Both the position numbers and the translations under genes were made by a program. Positions 50,406 to 61,539 of a stretch of DNA of 64,000 nucleotides are shown in pieces. Every line of letters begins with the position of its first letter. Position 1 is the stretch's first letter. Origin of the DNA: Dicyema japonicum (taxonomy: Eukaryota > Animalia > Dicyemida); NCBI GenBank assembly GCA_011109175.1, contig RDEW01000036.1, positions 127,583 to 191,582 of the forward strand. The letters are read 5' to 3'. Below the pieces are notes generated by a model. The model was not told the DNA's origin. It ran no database searches and saw only the letters and a list, made by a program, of their open reading frames with translations.

Positions 50406-51599
50406 TGTTATTTTCAAAAAAAATTTAAAATAAAAAAATTATGTGATAAACGTGCAAGTCTATTGTGGGCGTTGATGATTAGATATCGATGATAACATGA
50501 TGTATCACCAAGATCTCTGAGCCCACCCTATACATGCTAGAATGTTTAAAACATAATTAAGAGATACGATTCTACTGTGTAATAATTTAACATTCCTGTT
50601 ATGGCCAAATAATATTTACACCACTAATTAGTTACTCAGAGGGTTGAGATGATGACTTTCAAATATTTTAATAATTTTTACACTTTGTGAAGGACTGAAT
50701 TCCTCTTCATTTTTATTAAACTGACGAAATGGCTGGTTTATAAATATTTTTTAATTAAACTATCTCTGGGTTAGTATTACTCAGTAATTGATCGGATTGT
50801 TACAACTACTTTTACGAGACCGATAATACTTATAGAATGTTCTCAATAAAACACAATTTTGGATATCAATCTCTTCCAACTACATCGATTGTTGGCTGGA
50901 ATTTCAATGAATCCAGGTCATTTCTCAGATTACAACCTTTTTTTAGAATCTGATCAGAAATTCTTATGTTCTTTAAAATTGTTTAAAAATTATAAAAATG
51001 TAATTTTTAATATTTTTAATCAAAAATATTGTTAAGTCAAAAGTAATAAAGTCAAAATTTAGATTTTCAGACACACATTATAATTCCATTCTAAATTATG
51101 GAGGAATATGAACAACATGCATTCACTTTTGAACACGATTAAAGTGAGTCCTCTCCCAGATTTATCTTTTGGTAAATAGAGCCTCTCTATTTGCAGGCTT
51201 TAAGTGAAGTTTTGTCTACATACATAAATCTACGTGGTCGAGACACAGAACATTTTGTAAAGCAATCAATACACAAAGGAGTCAATCTCATCTATTGAAA
51301 AAAATGAGAAAATCCCATCGCACAATGACATGAACACGGTGAAGGAGCTTGCCAATAAATAAAAGACCATATGGATGCTATATTAAAATACTGACGATTC
51401 GAACGTAAAATCAAAATTGCGGATAGAAATAAAAACTATCAAAGCAAAAATATAAAAAATTATACGTCAGCATAACAGAAATAGAGCACTGGACCAGATT
51501 AAGAAGATAGAATCTCTCAAGGACAACGCTAAATTCTATGAGGCTGTTAAACAAATAAAAGGAAAGAGACCCCATCAACCGATAATGATAAGAGATGAC

Positions 51600-54138
51600 T
51601 AGGGCAAGTTGTTTCTAGCAGTTAAAAAAATTTTTAGCGCTAAAAAATCACAAAATCTAGCAATTATAATTATAAAAATTAGCACTTAAAATGATAAAAT
51701 CTAGCATTTAAAATTGTAAAATCTATAACTTAAAATAATAAAAGATAACATTTAAATTTTATTTGTTGTAGTATAATAAAAGGTAATGCTTGATATTGTC
51801 TGGATGGAAGTTCCTATCCTTTTTTTAAATATTTTTTAGCATATTAATAGCTCTCAACAGATGCAGAGGATGCCTGACAGCGTGTAAGAGAAAAATAATC
51901 TTGCTGCTAATTTTTGGTTCAGTCATTTCAATAATAGGTTTAAATCCATTTGCCTCCATTCTTTTATTTATATAATTTTTGATATTTGCCTTGTCATTAT
52001 CAAAATGTAGTCCTTGTATATCATATTATGCCCGATTGATTGAGTAGTCACAACACTCCGAAAGTTTAAGAAGGTCTACTATTTGCGAATAATTTAATAT
52101 GATTTCCGTTAATTTTTTTTTTTAGAGAAATTTTATTATCAAATGAATAAAAATCAAATTAAGGCATCTGAATGGCCATGCTATTTCCCCTAACAATAGC
52201 CAACGAGATACATCCTCGTAACAACCAGTCTCTCGCGGATCCTTGGTCACAGCTAGAATCATGGAGCCGATCTTACGAACCAACTCATCTGCTTGGGGGC
52301 CAAGGATTCCTGACGTTTCCACCGCGAATGGAACAAAAAGATACTCCTCCGAAATTCTCTGGTACTTCCTCCTCTTTCGTTCCTCGGCCTGCTTTGAAGC
52401 ATGTCCAAGCAGAAGTAACCAAATTAGACGGGGAATAAGTATCAACACACGTCGCGTCCCAGATCAGGTCTTGTCCGTTGGCGAATGGAAAAGTCGTCAT
52501 CCCATCAGGGCGTTTTCCATCGTTTCGGGAAAGACCACCAGGTTCTAACAGGCAATGGTGTCCAGCAGAGGCAAGGGAATTCTTTAATGTCATGTTAAGA
52601 CAGGAGTGCCTGGGGAAACGACCCGCACTCATCTTGCATGACAAAGAATGATAACCAAAAGGATCGATCCAACGTCCACAGCGGCATTTTCTTTCGGCAC
52701 ACAATTTAAGACTAAGACGAAGCGAGGTAGCTATTCTCACAGCCTCATCATCCAACAGGTTTCCGTTAATTGAAACTTAATATCCGGATTGTTGACATGA
52801 TGTTTAGCATTTGATGCTAAAACTCCATCTGACTGAAATGCGTTAACAATTTCAAAAATTATTTCAAAATTCATGAAATAATATTTCACTGCTTGAAACC
52901 AACTTCCCCATCTGCATAAATTAAGCAAAAGAATACCTAGTGACTACCACATCAGGTGGGTATCCTACATCCTTGAACAAATTACGACGTTTTCGGTTTT
53001 TTACTGTAGTAGCTTTAATGCTTGCAATTAAGCCATCTATTTCCGGATATGCACACTTTATACGTAAAATCGTGTAACAAATGAGAAACACACGTCACAT
53101 GATGCATGTTGTTATGACCATTAATGTTTTACCACCTATTTATTTAAATAAATTTATATCACCAGAAATCATATAAGGAGCGGCTTGAATTAGTAGATAA
53201 AAATTGTCACGAATAATCTTCATTTCTCTAATGACGTCATCTATTAATTGGCAGATAATAGCAGCAGTGGTATGATTTTCCAGTGTTTTGCATTCAACCA
53301 AATAGGATTTTGTTGGAAAACGAATGCTCCCAATTAGAATCACTACAAAACTTTTCCTTCGGATATCTGTTTCATCAATTAGTATAAAAATCTTTTCGTT
53401 TCTAAAAGTTAAAAATAAATTTTAATACGTTAATAATTTTTTCAACTAATTTATCTTTTTTCTGCAAGAAACTTGACCGTAGTTCTGCATGAAAATTCGA
53501 ACGGAATGTTTATTTTAAATGTTTTAAACATTTTTTTGATCGAATCGTTATTTAATTTGTACAGCGGGATGTTTGCTTGTACAAAAGCTTCCGTGATCGT
53601 TTCATTAACCGAATCTACTTGGATTGATTCAGTTAATGTTGTTTGAACTGAATTACAGAATGACCTACAATTGTATTAACAAATTTATACGCATATTGTT
53701 CTGATGTTTTAAAGAAGAACAATGAGAATCAACTGAAATTTTTTTTGAACAGTTGACTTTGGATAAACAAAGAGAACAAAATAGAAGGCCATCGTCAGCA
53801 ATACAGAACCCATCTTTGAATTCCGAGACTATACGCTTAGCTTTCTTAAGCAACGAACACTTGGGTCTTGGCATCACTAATAATACTATATAGCGTGCTA
53901 AATTATTTTATTTAAATTATTTTATTATCATTTTATGGGTGATATTAAAATGATTTTTTAAATGCAATTTAAATTAGCATTTAAAAAAATTAGCATTTAA
54001 AATTAAAAAAAAACACTTATAGCATTTATAATGTATGTTCTTTTTTAACAAAATTAAAAAATAATTATTCCAAATTCAATTTTATATTAAAATAAGTATA
54101 AAAAATAAAAATAGCATTTTAGCACTTAAATTGCCCTA
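51600..54138 (-). mobile_element. hAT DNA transposon with a degenerate transposase (CGGBP1-like zinc finger N-terminus)
   Basis: TIR tagggcaa / ttgcccta; perfect 8-bp TSD gagatgac (51592-51599 and 54139-54146); LFCSLC..VDSHCSSLKH, LIDETD, AAPYM, RWGSW, SASVE; subterminal tagca(c/t)ttaaa repeats. Confidence 0.93.
52115..52764 (-). mobile_element. 5'-truncated CRE-like insertion nested in the hAT element
   Basis: Poly(A) tail at about 52112-52123 and TSD tttccgttaatt (52103 and 52760). Confidence 0.9.
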
Positions 54139-56311
54139 GAGATGACAAAGGAACGCAGGGTGGACCAATGGGAAGTGGTGGAAATTATCGCTGCCCACTT
54201 TGGAAAACTTTTCAATCCAAGGAACGATCATTCTAGAACGAGGAAAATTGGACAAAGAAATCACACCAAATGAAGTTGAACTTGCGAATTCCAAGTTGAA
54301 AAACAACAGGACTCCTGGCCCCGACGGACTCGGTGGTGAATTCAATAATATGGAACCCAAAAGCTGTATGAATGCATCGTTAGGATCTTAAATGAAATGT
54401 ACTATTATGGTCACACGCTCACCCTGGGAGAGGGTATCTTGATACATTTACAGAAGGCGAATAAAGAGCTAAGGTGGAGAACCTCCGTCCAGTCATATTA
54501 ATGAATTCACTTCGGAAAATTCTGGCGAACATAACATTACAAAGGATGGAAGGACGCCTAGATACTGTTCTGTCGCTATACCACAGCGGATTCCGAAAAG
54601 GAAGATCTACTTCCGATATTTTGTGGCCCCACAAGTTTTGAACGGAGATCTGCTGCCGTTCAAAAGTTCAAAATGTCTACAACCATTTTCGGAATCGACA
54701 TTTCAAGGGCCTTCGACTCTATCGACAGACGGAGGCTAATACTGGTTCTGGGGAGTTTCCTATACGCTTCCACTGTCATAATGGCCACCACCCTTCTAGC
54801 TGATACTTGGCTCACTGTAAAAGTGGTGGATTCTTGTCTCACCGATTTGAGACGACTGTTGGCACTCTACAGGGAGACCCATTATCACCTATCCTTTTTG
54901 TCATATACCATGACACTGCTTTACGGGAGTCAAAACCGATAATGGGTGAAAAGACAAACATTATTACGTATGCTGACGACGTAGACTATATTTCAAACGA
55001 CAAAATACCGCATCTGCTTGATGGAAGAAGTGCCTGGAAGACTAGCCGAATGGTTCCTAACAGTAAATCCGGACAAAACTGAGGTAACTGAACTCAAAAA
55101 GAAAGAAACAAAAACGGAGGAGCACTGGCGAACGTAGCCATGGAGGATTACTTTATGTTGGAGGCCCCCGTTTCCGTGGTTGCCCAAGGACGACACTGCC
55201 TGTCGTTCTCGACAAGGACCTCAAAAAAATAGGACGGCATCTTGGAAATAGAGAGGATCTTGACTGGTTACACACTGCGGCTTTGAATAGGAGGAAGTGG
55301 ATGAAACTAACTAGTGATTTGCTGACTAGTGCTGCACATGCTTTGTCAAGTCCTATGACATAGCTATAAGATCTAATAATAATAGTGGCATAGGTAATTA
55401 TCGATGGACTAGACTGGCTAATATGCACTGTTGGGTATTTTCCAGTTAATATTGTACTCAAAGGGTCCATCACCAAAACAAATAACTATGTAGACAAGGA
55501 GTCCACTTGCAGAATTCCTCTTGATATTTTTACTGTTCAGATTTCATGTCTATTAAAATTCAGTTTAACTCGCCATTTTGTAACCAAAGTAGGGATAAAA
55601 CTAATAATCCAACAAAGTCCACAGCACCCCAAAATATTAAATAGGAATTCATGGCTTACTGAGTCAAATGTTTTTTGGACGTCTATCCATGCTGAATATA
55701 AAGAGTTGTCAAATTCCTGGTTAATACACTGTATTTCTTTTCATAAAAATGAGATTTCTGTGTTTGTAATAATAAACAAGTGTCGAGTAAAAATTTTATT
55801 ATCAATTTTACTTAATTGTAAATAAAAATAGTTATAGAAAAATGGAAAAGGTAGAATTTAAATAAAAATAGCAGAAAATAGCATTTACATATAATATAAC
55901 TAATTGTTTCAGATGTTCGAACTACGGACTTCTGTTCTCATGTATTCTCTGAAAAATCGAATAAGGGAATCGTTAAGCGACAAAAAGACGCTTCTGAGAA
56001 AGTTTGCTGACAGATTGTTATCTCTGACAGGCATGTTGGACTTTTTGTGCTCAAATACTGTCTCCTATTTCACAAAATGCTTTTCAACTTCTGAAGTTCT
56101 CCATATTATTATGAAGAAAATCTCCTAACTCTCCTTGATGATGAAATTAAGTCAACCCTTGAAGCGATTTTAAATATACATTTTGATGACTATGGATGGC
56201 TTCAGACAACTTTGCCGGTTTTTTTTGGATGACTGTGAATTATCGTACCGTCAGATGCCGCAATGACTGCATATTTGTCCTCTTATAGCTCCTAGAAGAA
56301 TTCGAAAGATA

Positions 56312-58265
56312 CAGTAAACCCTCATTAATCCGAACAAAAAAAATTGTTGCCTTTCTGATTATTATTATTAACTCCAGGCTTACCATTGTAAGCCTAGCAC
56401 AAACAGTCATAACTAACTAATCCAAGGAAGGAATCAAAGGGACAACATCTGCTTGTGCCGACCTAATCTATCTTCCAATACTTCATTACAGGCTTCCGCT
56501 TCCGTAGAGAGGTGGAGAAGTAGGTCCGCTCTCTTCCATTTTTGTCCCACCTCCTACCGTCGCAGACATCACTTTATTCTTTAGCGGAATAGTTTTCATA
56601 ATGCAATCTTCATGAGAGGCTTTGTGATTTTGAAGGTAATATACTAATATAATTGTAATTAAAATTTAATTTTTCATATATCAGAATAAAAAATGTAACA
56701 AAATATTTAAAATAAAAAAATAATGTTTTATTTGATGAAGTCATAACTTCACAAAGGGTTACAATATTAACTACACAAAAAGTGTCGATTTAGTTCTAAT
56801 CGAGCGTATCTGTTTGAGTTATTTCTATATTAACAAGTCCTTCCAGTTCTTTTTTTGACACATTTAAAACAGGATCTCGCATAATATCTTCACTAGCAAA
56901 TTAATCAAGACATCTAATTGTCACTATCTTTTTGAAACAATTTTTATTGTGTCCTTTTTTCTTGATTCCATCTGTGAGATACCATAATGATGGTTTTCCT
57001 TTAATTCACAAAACTTTATTTTCTAAATCAAGGGCATATAATCCAAAATAAGCCCTTTTCTATATTAATGCTTAAAGTTTTTGGTTATTCTTGCATCCAT
57101 TGGTTAAAGATGTTGTGTTTTTTGGAAGGAATAAAATTTCAATGTTTTCAAAAAAATTAACATTTTAATTCATCACTAAGATGACTGGTGAAAACATTAA
57201 AAAGTTCAGTTATCAGCCCGCCGCTTTATTTGGATAGTCAATATTTTTCAAAATCAAAATCTTTAAACATCTTGGTCTTCTACTATGGCCTAATTTTAGA
57301 TCTAATATTCAAAAAATTTCATTAATTCATTTAGAGCCTTATTTCGTGAAGCATGTATTGCAAAAGTACCGTTAAATATTATTCATCCATCCTTGTTTAT
57401 TTGTGAAATCCTATAAATTCCTGCTTCAATAGAGGCCTACAAATGTGTTACTGTTACATTTTAAATTTAAAATATAAATTAATTTTTATTTAGAATAAAA
57501 CGAAATAAATTACACTCAATCCCATAAATGTTGACCCAATTCCCATAAATACTGTCCAAGTTATATATATAAATAATACACAAGTAAATCTATATTTTAA
57601 AATTTTAATTTTTTAGATTTGTTATCAACTAATACAGATATGAGAAGTCGCAAGGTTTTTATGAACGAAAGTCTATTTATCACTTCGATCAGTAAAAAGA
57701 GTTTGAATAGGTGTATACAAAAGTGTTACAACATTTTATTTACCCCCTTATTCAACTGACTTGAACCCAATTGAAAACTTTTTTTCTTGTGTGAAATCTC
57801 GCCTAAATGTAATTAGACCAAGAGTAACTGTAAGAGGAGAATTGCTAACAACTATCGGATTTGTTATGAGTGGTCTCGAAACCGAGTATTTGTCCTCATA
57901 TTACAGTTTTTGGGAAAGGGTAAATGGAATTAATAACAGATTACAGATTGTAATTGAATAAAATACTTTTTTCCTAAATATTAGTATACATCATTTATGG
58001 GATTGAGTGTAATATATATAACTTGGACATCATTTATGGGAATTGGGTCATCATTTATGGGATTTGGGTCATCATTTATGGGAATTGGGTCAACGTTTAT
58101 GGGAATTGGGTCAACATTTATGGGATTGAGTGTAATCTAAAGTTTTTAATAAATGTCTTTCGGTTTGCGGATTATGTAATTTCGGTTTATTGAAGCCTGT
58201 TTGTGTGGAATCTTCGTAAAAGTTTGCTGACTCATTAAAAAATTCGAATTAATGGGGGTTTACTG
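56312..58265. mobile_element. pogo/Tigger-like element carrying nested insertions
   Basis: TA-cagtaaaccctcattaatccgaa ... ttcgaattaatgggggtttactg-TA. Confidence 0.8.
57513..58132 (+). mobile_element. IS630/Tc1-like deleted element with about 21-bp subterminal repeats
   Basis: TA-cactcaatcccataaatgttgacccaattcccataaat and its reverse complement-TA; LPPYS..LNPIENFFSCVKSRL. Confidence 0.9.
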
Positions 58266-58294
58266 TATATGTTTTCAATTGTTTTAACTAAATT

Positions 58295-58402
58295 CTATCA
58301 AATTTCATAATATAAGATTATCAAAATACTGAAAATGAACACCAAACTGAAATACAAATCACAAATTTCATTATAAATAGATTTGAAGCCAATAACCGTC
58401 GA
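58295..58402 (+). promoter_or_regulatory. Conserved tetraspanin upstream region (also about 35105-35212 and 46964-47078)
   Basis: tcaaattYcRtaatRtaagattat...tgaaatacaa...tataaata...cgtcRa-ATG conserved in all three copies. Confidence 0.7.
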
Positions 58403-59171
58403 ATGTCTATCAGAAAAGGAATAATTATAGCCAATATAGTAGTTTTGACTGTAAGAGACTGTAGATCATTTCCAATAGATTTCAACAGCAATGTCATTCT
58501 ATGTCGGCTCGGTGCTTATGGATTATTATCTCAATGACAAACTGCTTTCTATTTCGACCTTCAAAACATTTGGAATCCTCCTCCTCACAACTGGAGTAGG
58601 CTCATTTTTAGGAATGGTCAGTGGAATTAGTGCCCTCTCCAAAAACATGTACGCTTGTGCATCAGTATGATTCGTATTCTAAGGTGTAGTTTGCTATATC
58701 ACTCGTTTTCGTTATTATATGTATCATAGCTTTGACCAGCATCTTTATAATGAACAGAGATATTGTTATCGTTAATAATTATTTTTAGCTTTTTTCTGAA
58801 TTGAAATATAAATTCAAAATTGGAGTGGACAATTACAATGTTTATTATAAACAGATGGATTACTGGCAAAGTTCCTTCATATGCTGTGGAAGTTTTTCTT
58901 ACGAAGATTACAACATCCCTTTACCGTCAAGCTGTTGTAAGACCCATGTAGTCTGTAATGATCGAGAAGCGTTTAGAATGGTAATCTAAATTCATGAAAG
59001 CAGGGTTGTGCCAGTAAAATTAGTTATGCGGTCTACAAGTTTGAATCTTTTTATTTTATGTTCTCAGGAATCTTTTTCTCGATATTAGTTTGCCTATTAT
59101 TTACACGTTTTTAGATGTTGGGGTTCTTTGTTGTTTTAAAAATTAATCGGATTAATGATTCCTTTAATTAA
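58403..59171 (+). CDS. Tetraspanin, copy 3 (6 exons)
   Basis: Introns 58451-58478, 58665-58689, 58765-58788, 58981-59003 and 59088-59114; MSIRKGIII...YWQSSFICCG..LPSSCC..C..|GC...NDSFN*. Confidence 0.93.
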
Positions 59172-59498
59172 TATAATTTTGTTTACTCAATGGTTAAATA
59201 TTTCTGTTTGTTTTATCTGCTCTTCTACCCTTTCCTACTACAGTGACTTCATGTGATTCAACTGTCTCAAAAGGATCATTTACTCTTGGAGAGGTTTCCA
59301 AAACTGCAAGGAATGCACGTCATTTACCTTTGGATAGACTTTTGAAGGACTTTGTTTCTGTGACAGAGGAATACACTTAATTAGTCGTCAATTGTTAACT
59401 TTGTTTTCCTTGGTTAATGACAATAATATATGACTTTTCATCCTCTTGGTATTAAAAAAAGGTAGATAACTAAGAAATCCTAATCAAGTAGGTAGAGA

Positions 59499-59565
59499 CA
59501 TGGAAATTGAACCCACATATAATCGCGACCAGAGTAAAATCACTAACCATTGTACAACATGGACG
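59499..59565 (-). pseudogene. Degenerate tRNA-like sequence (Gln-like) or tRNA-derived SINE head
   Basis: tccatgttgtacaatggttag (A-box-like)...actctg...gggttcaatttcc (B-box-like); the cloverleaf stems do not close well. Confidence 0.35.
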
Positions 59566-60573
59566 TTAACACATACTAGCTTAGTAGAGTGAATGTCAGT
59601 CTCCAGACCTACATTTTAGTAGTAAGACCCCCAATACTGGCTACTCTTACTTTCAATTGTTCTTTCTTATCCTTCGCTCTACTATCTACTCAATAGTGTC
59701 TCAGTTGTTGCCATGATAGGGATAAACAGAAAGATCATTTGCTCTCATTAGTCCATTCCTTCTTTTATCGCACTCTATCTCTTTCCTTCCAGCTCTTGTC
59801 GCTATGAGAGCATATAGTCCTATAGCGTCAACGGTTTTCCCGCATTTGCGCCTCTGGCTCGTGTGAATATTTTGCCCGGAGATTATTCACGGTGAGTTAT
59901 TATACAGAAATGTCTAAAGCGATGTATAGGGAAGATTCTTAAACCACGAACCGCTAAATTTTGTAGATTCAAATCCGTGCATGTTTGCCGTTGTTGATTC
60001 AATACCGGTTTTATTGCCTTTATGGTATCCCAGCAGTGCTTTTTGAGTCCGGACATTCAGATGCGTCCAAGATTCTCTAGGAAGGCTTTCTTATGGTAGT
60101 TTATTAGACTAATGTAGGATCTGACGAGCGAGTTATTAGCAGCATTTCCAAAAACTCGGAGACTTTAGGATCCGGATCTTCATCATTCTTACGTACCATC
60201 GGACTGATTTGTATGGGAATGAACTTTCAATAATTAGAGCTGCTACCAGACAAATACAGTTTTTTGTTCTTTTCTTTAACAAAAATAGCGTAAATAAATC
60301 AATGATATTACTCTTCCTTGTTCATTTGTGAAATCCTATAAATTTCAGAGAGGCCTACAAATAATTTAACTGATGGCAGTATCAAGATTCTTATCTAATA
60401 GCCTAAAATGTAAAATATGGAACCAAAAGTCTTGAGTAGGTTCGACTGACGCTCATATGATTTCTGACTCATTCCTAGAAGATACTGTAAAAAATGTTTT
60501 TAATCCAGACATACCAAATAAGATCAAGTTAACTTAATCAATTTTCTTGCAGATGAATGGAAGTATTATAGAC

Positions 60574-60844
60574 CAGTGGTCCCCAACTGGGAGGCCGCAG
60601 AACGGTGCCGTTCCGTAGACCAATACAGCCGCGAATGAAATACAGTTTAGAAATAGTTTGCATAAATGTGCGTAGTTTTTAAGTTCTTTATCTTAGTTTG
60701 TAAAGTTAATCATAAGATTAGTCATACGACTTATTAGCTTAGTACATAGAGTTGTGTGTTTGTTTGTATGTGATCCGTGTTGTAATTTGGTAAAATTGTC
60801 TAGCGCTTACCGGTTCGCGGTAACAAAAAAATTGGGGATTACTG
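60574..60844. mobile_element. hAT Buster-type MITE
   Basis: TIR cagtggtccccaa / ttggggattactg; TSD ttaTAgac / tcaTAgac. Confidence 0.85.
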
Positions 60845-61539
60845 TCATAGACTACTAAGTTCGTTTTAATTTTTACAGAACAACTTGTCATTAGTTACCT
60901 GATCTGCCTAATAATTCCGACAGACATAGATGATATAATCCTCGTATTGGTGTGTCCAGAGAGTATCTGAAGATCTTTATTATCTGCCTATAAATATTAC
61001 AGAGGTAAACTTATTCCTCACAAACTTAGAAAAGTCAACAAAAACAAACATAAAAATCGAAGACTTCCAATTCTTGTTACTAACTTTACACAAGTTATCA
61101 GATTCTGTGACAGATGTTCGAAAAGACTCTTACTAGCATAAGTTTGTAACGCGAGCATACGGAGAGTGTATTGAATTTCAAAAAAGAACACCAAGCCAAA
61201 ATAAGCAGGATCACCTAATAGTAACTCACATCCACAAGGCTATTAGACTATTCAAACCAAAACTGAGTTTTCCACTTTAAAATTATTGCAAATAAATGAT
61301 GGGAGATTAATGGTTAGAATCACTCTGGCATCAGAGTTTTCACTCAATTGGACTTGAGGTATACCAGACAATAAGCATTGTAAATTTGTCTAATCTGAGT
61401 AAGAAGGATTCTTTAGCTCCATGATATGCTCACCAGAGCTGATAATATGCATGTGGATCTAATAAAAGTTAACGTTGATTATATCTGTCTTCCGTAGGTT
61501 AAATTTAAGATTGAGATTGACAGAGCTGAAGTGAGTTTT

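Larger units (their letters stand above)
51270..55385 (+). mobile_element. RTE-like retrotransposon split by the hAT element at 51600-54138
   Basis: Linker ..IMIRDD | KG.. resumes after the TSD; NNRTPGPDGL, GFRKGRSTSD, FGIDISRAFDSI, LQGDPLSP, YADD, RPPFPW..RTTLP; (taa)n tail at about 55375. Confidence 0.88.

Noticed and set aside
52115-52764. Part of a segmental duplication with 40790-41408
   Set aside because: It has its own poly(A) tail and TSD, so it is an independent retrotransposition.
57990-58132. CRISPR-like 21-bp repeats
   Set aside because: They are subterminal repeats within the TIR of an IS630/Tc1-like element.
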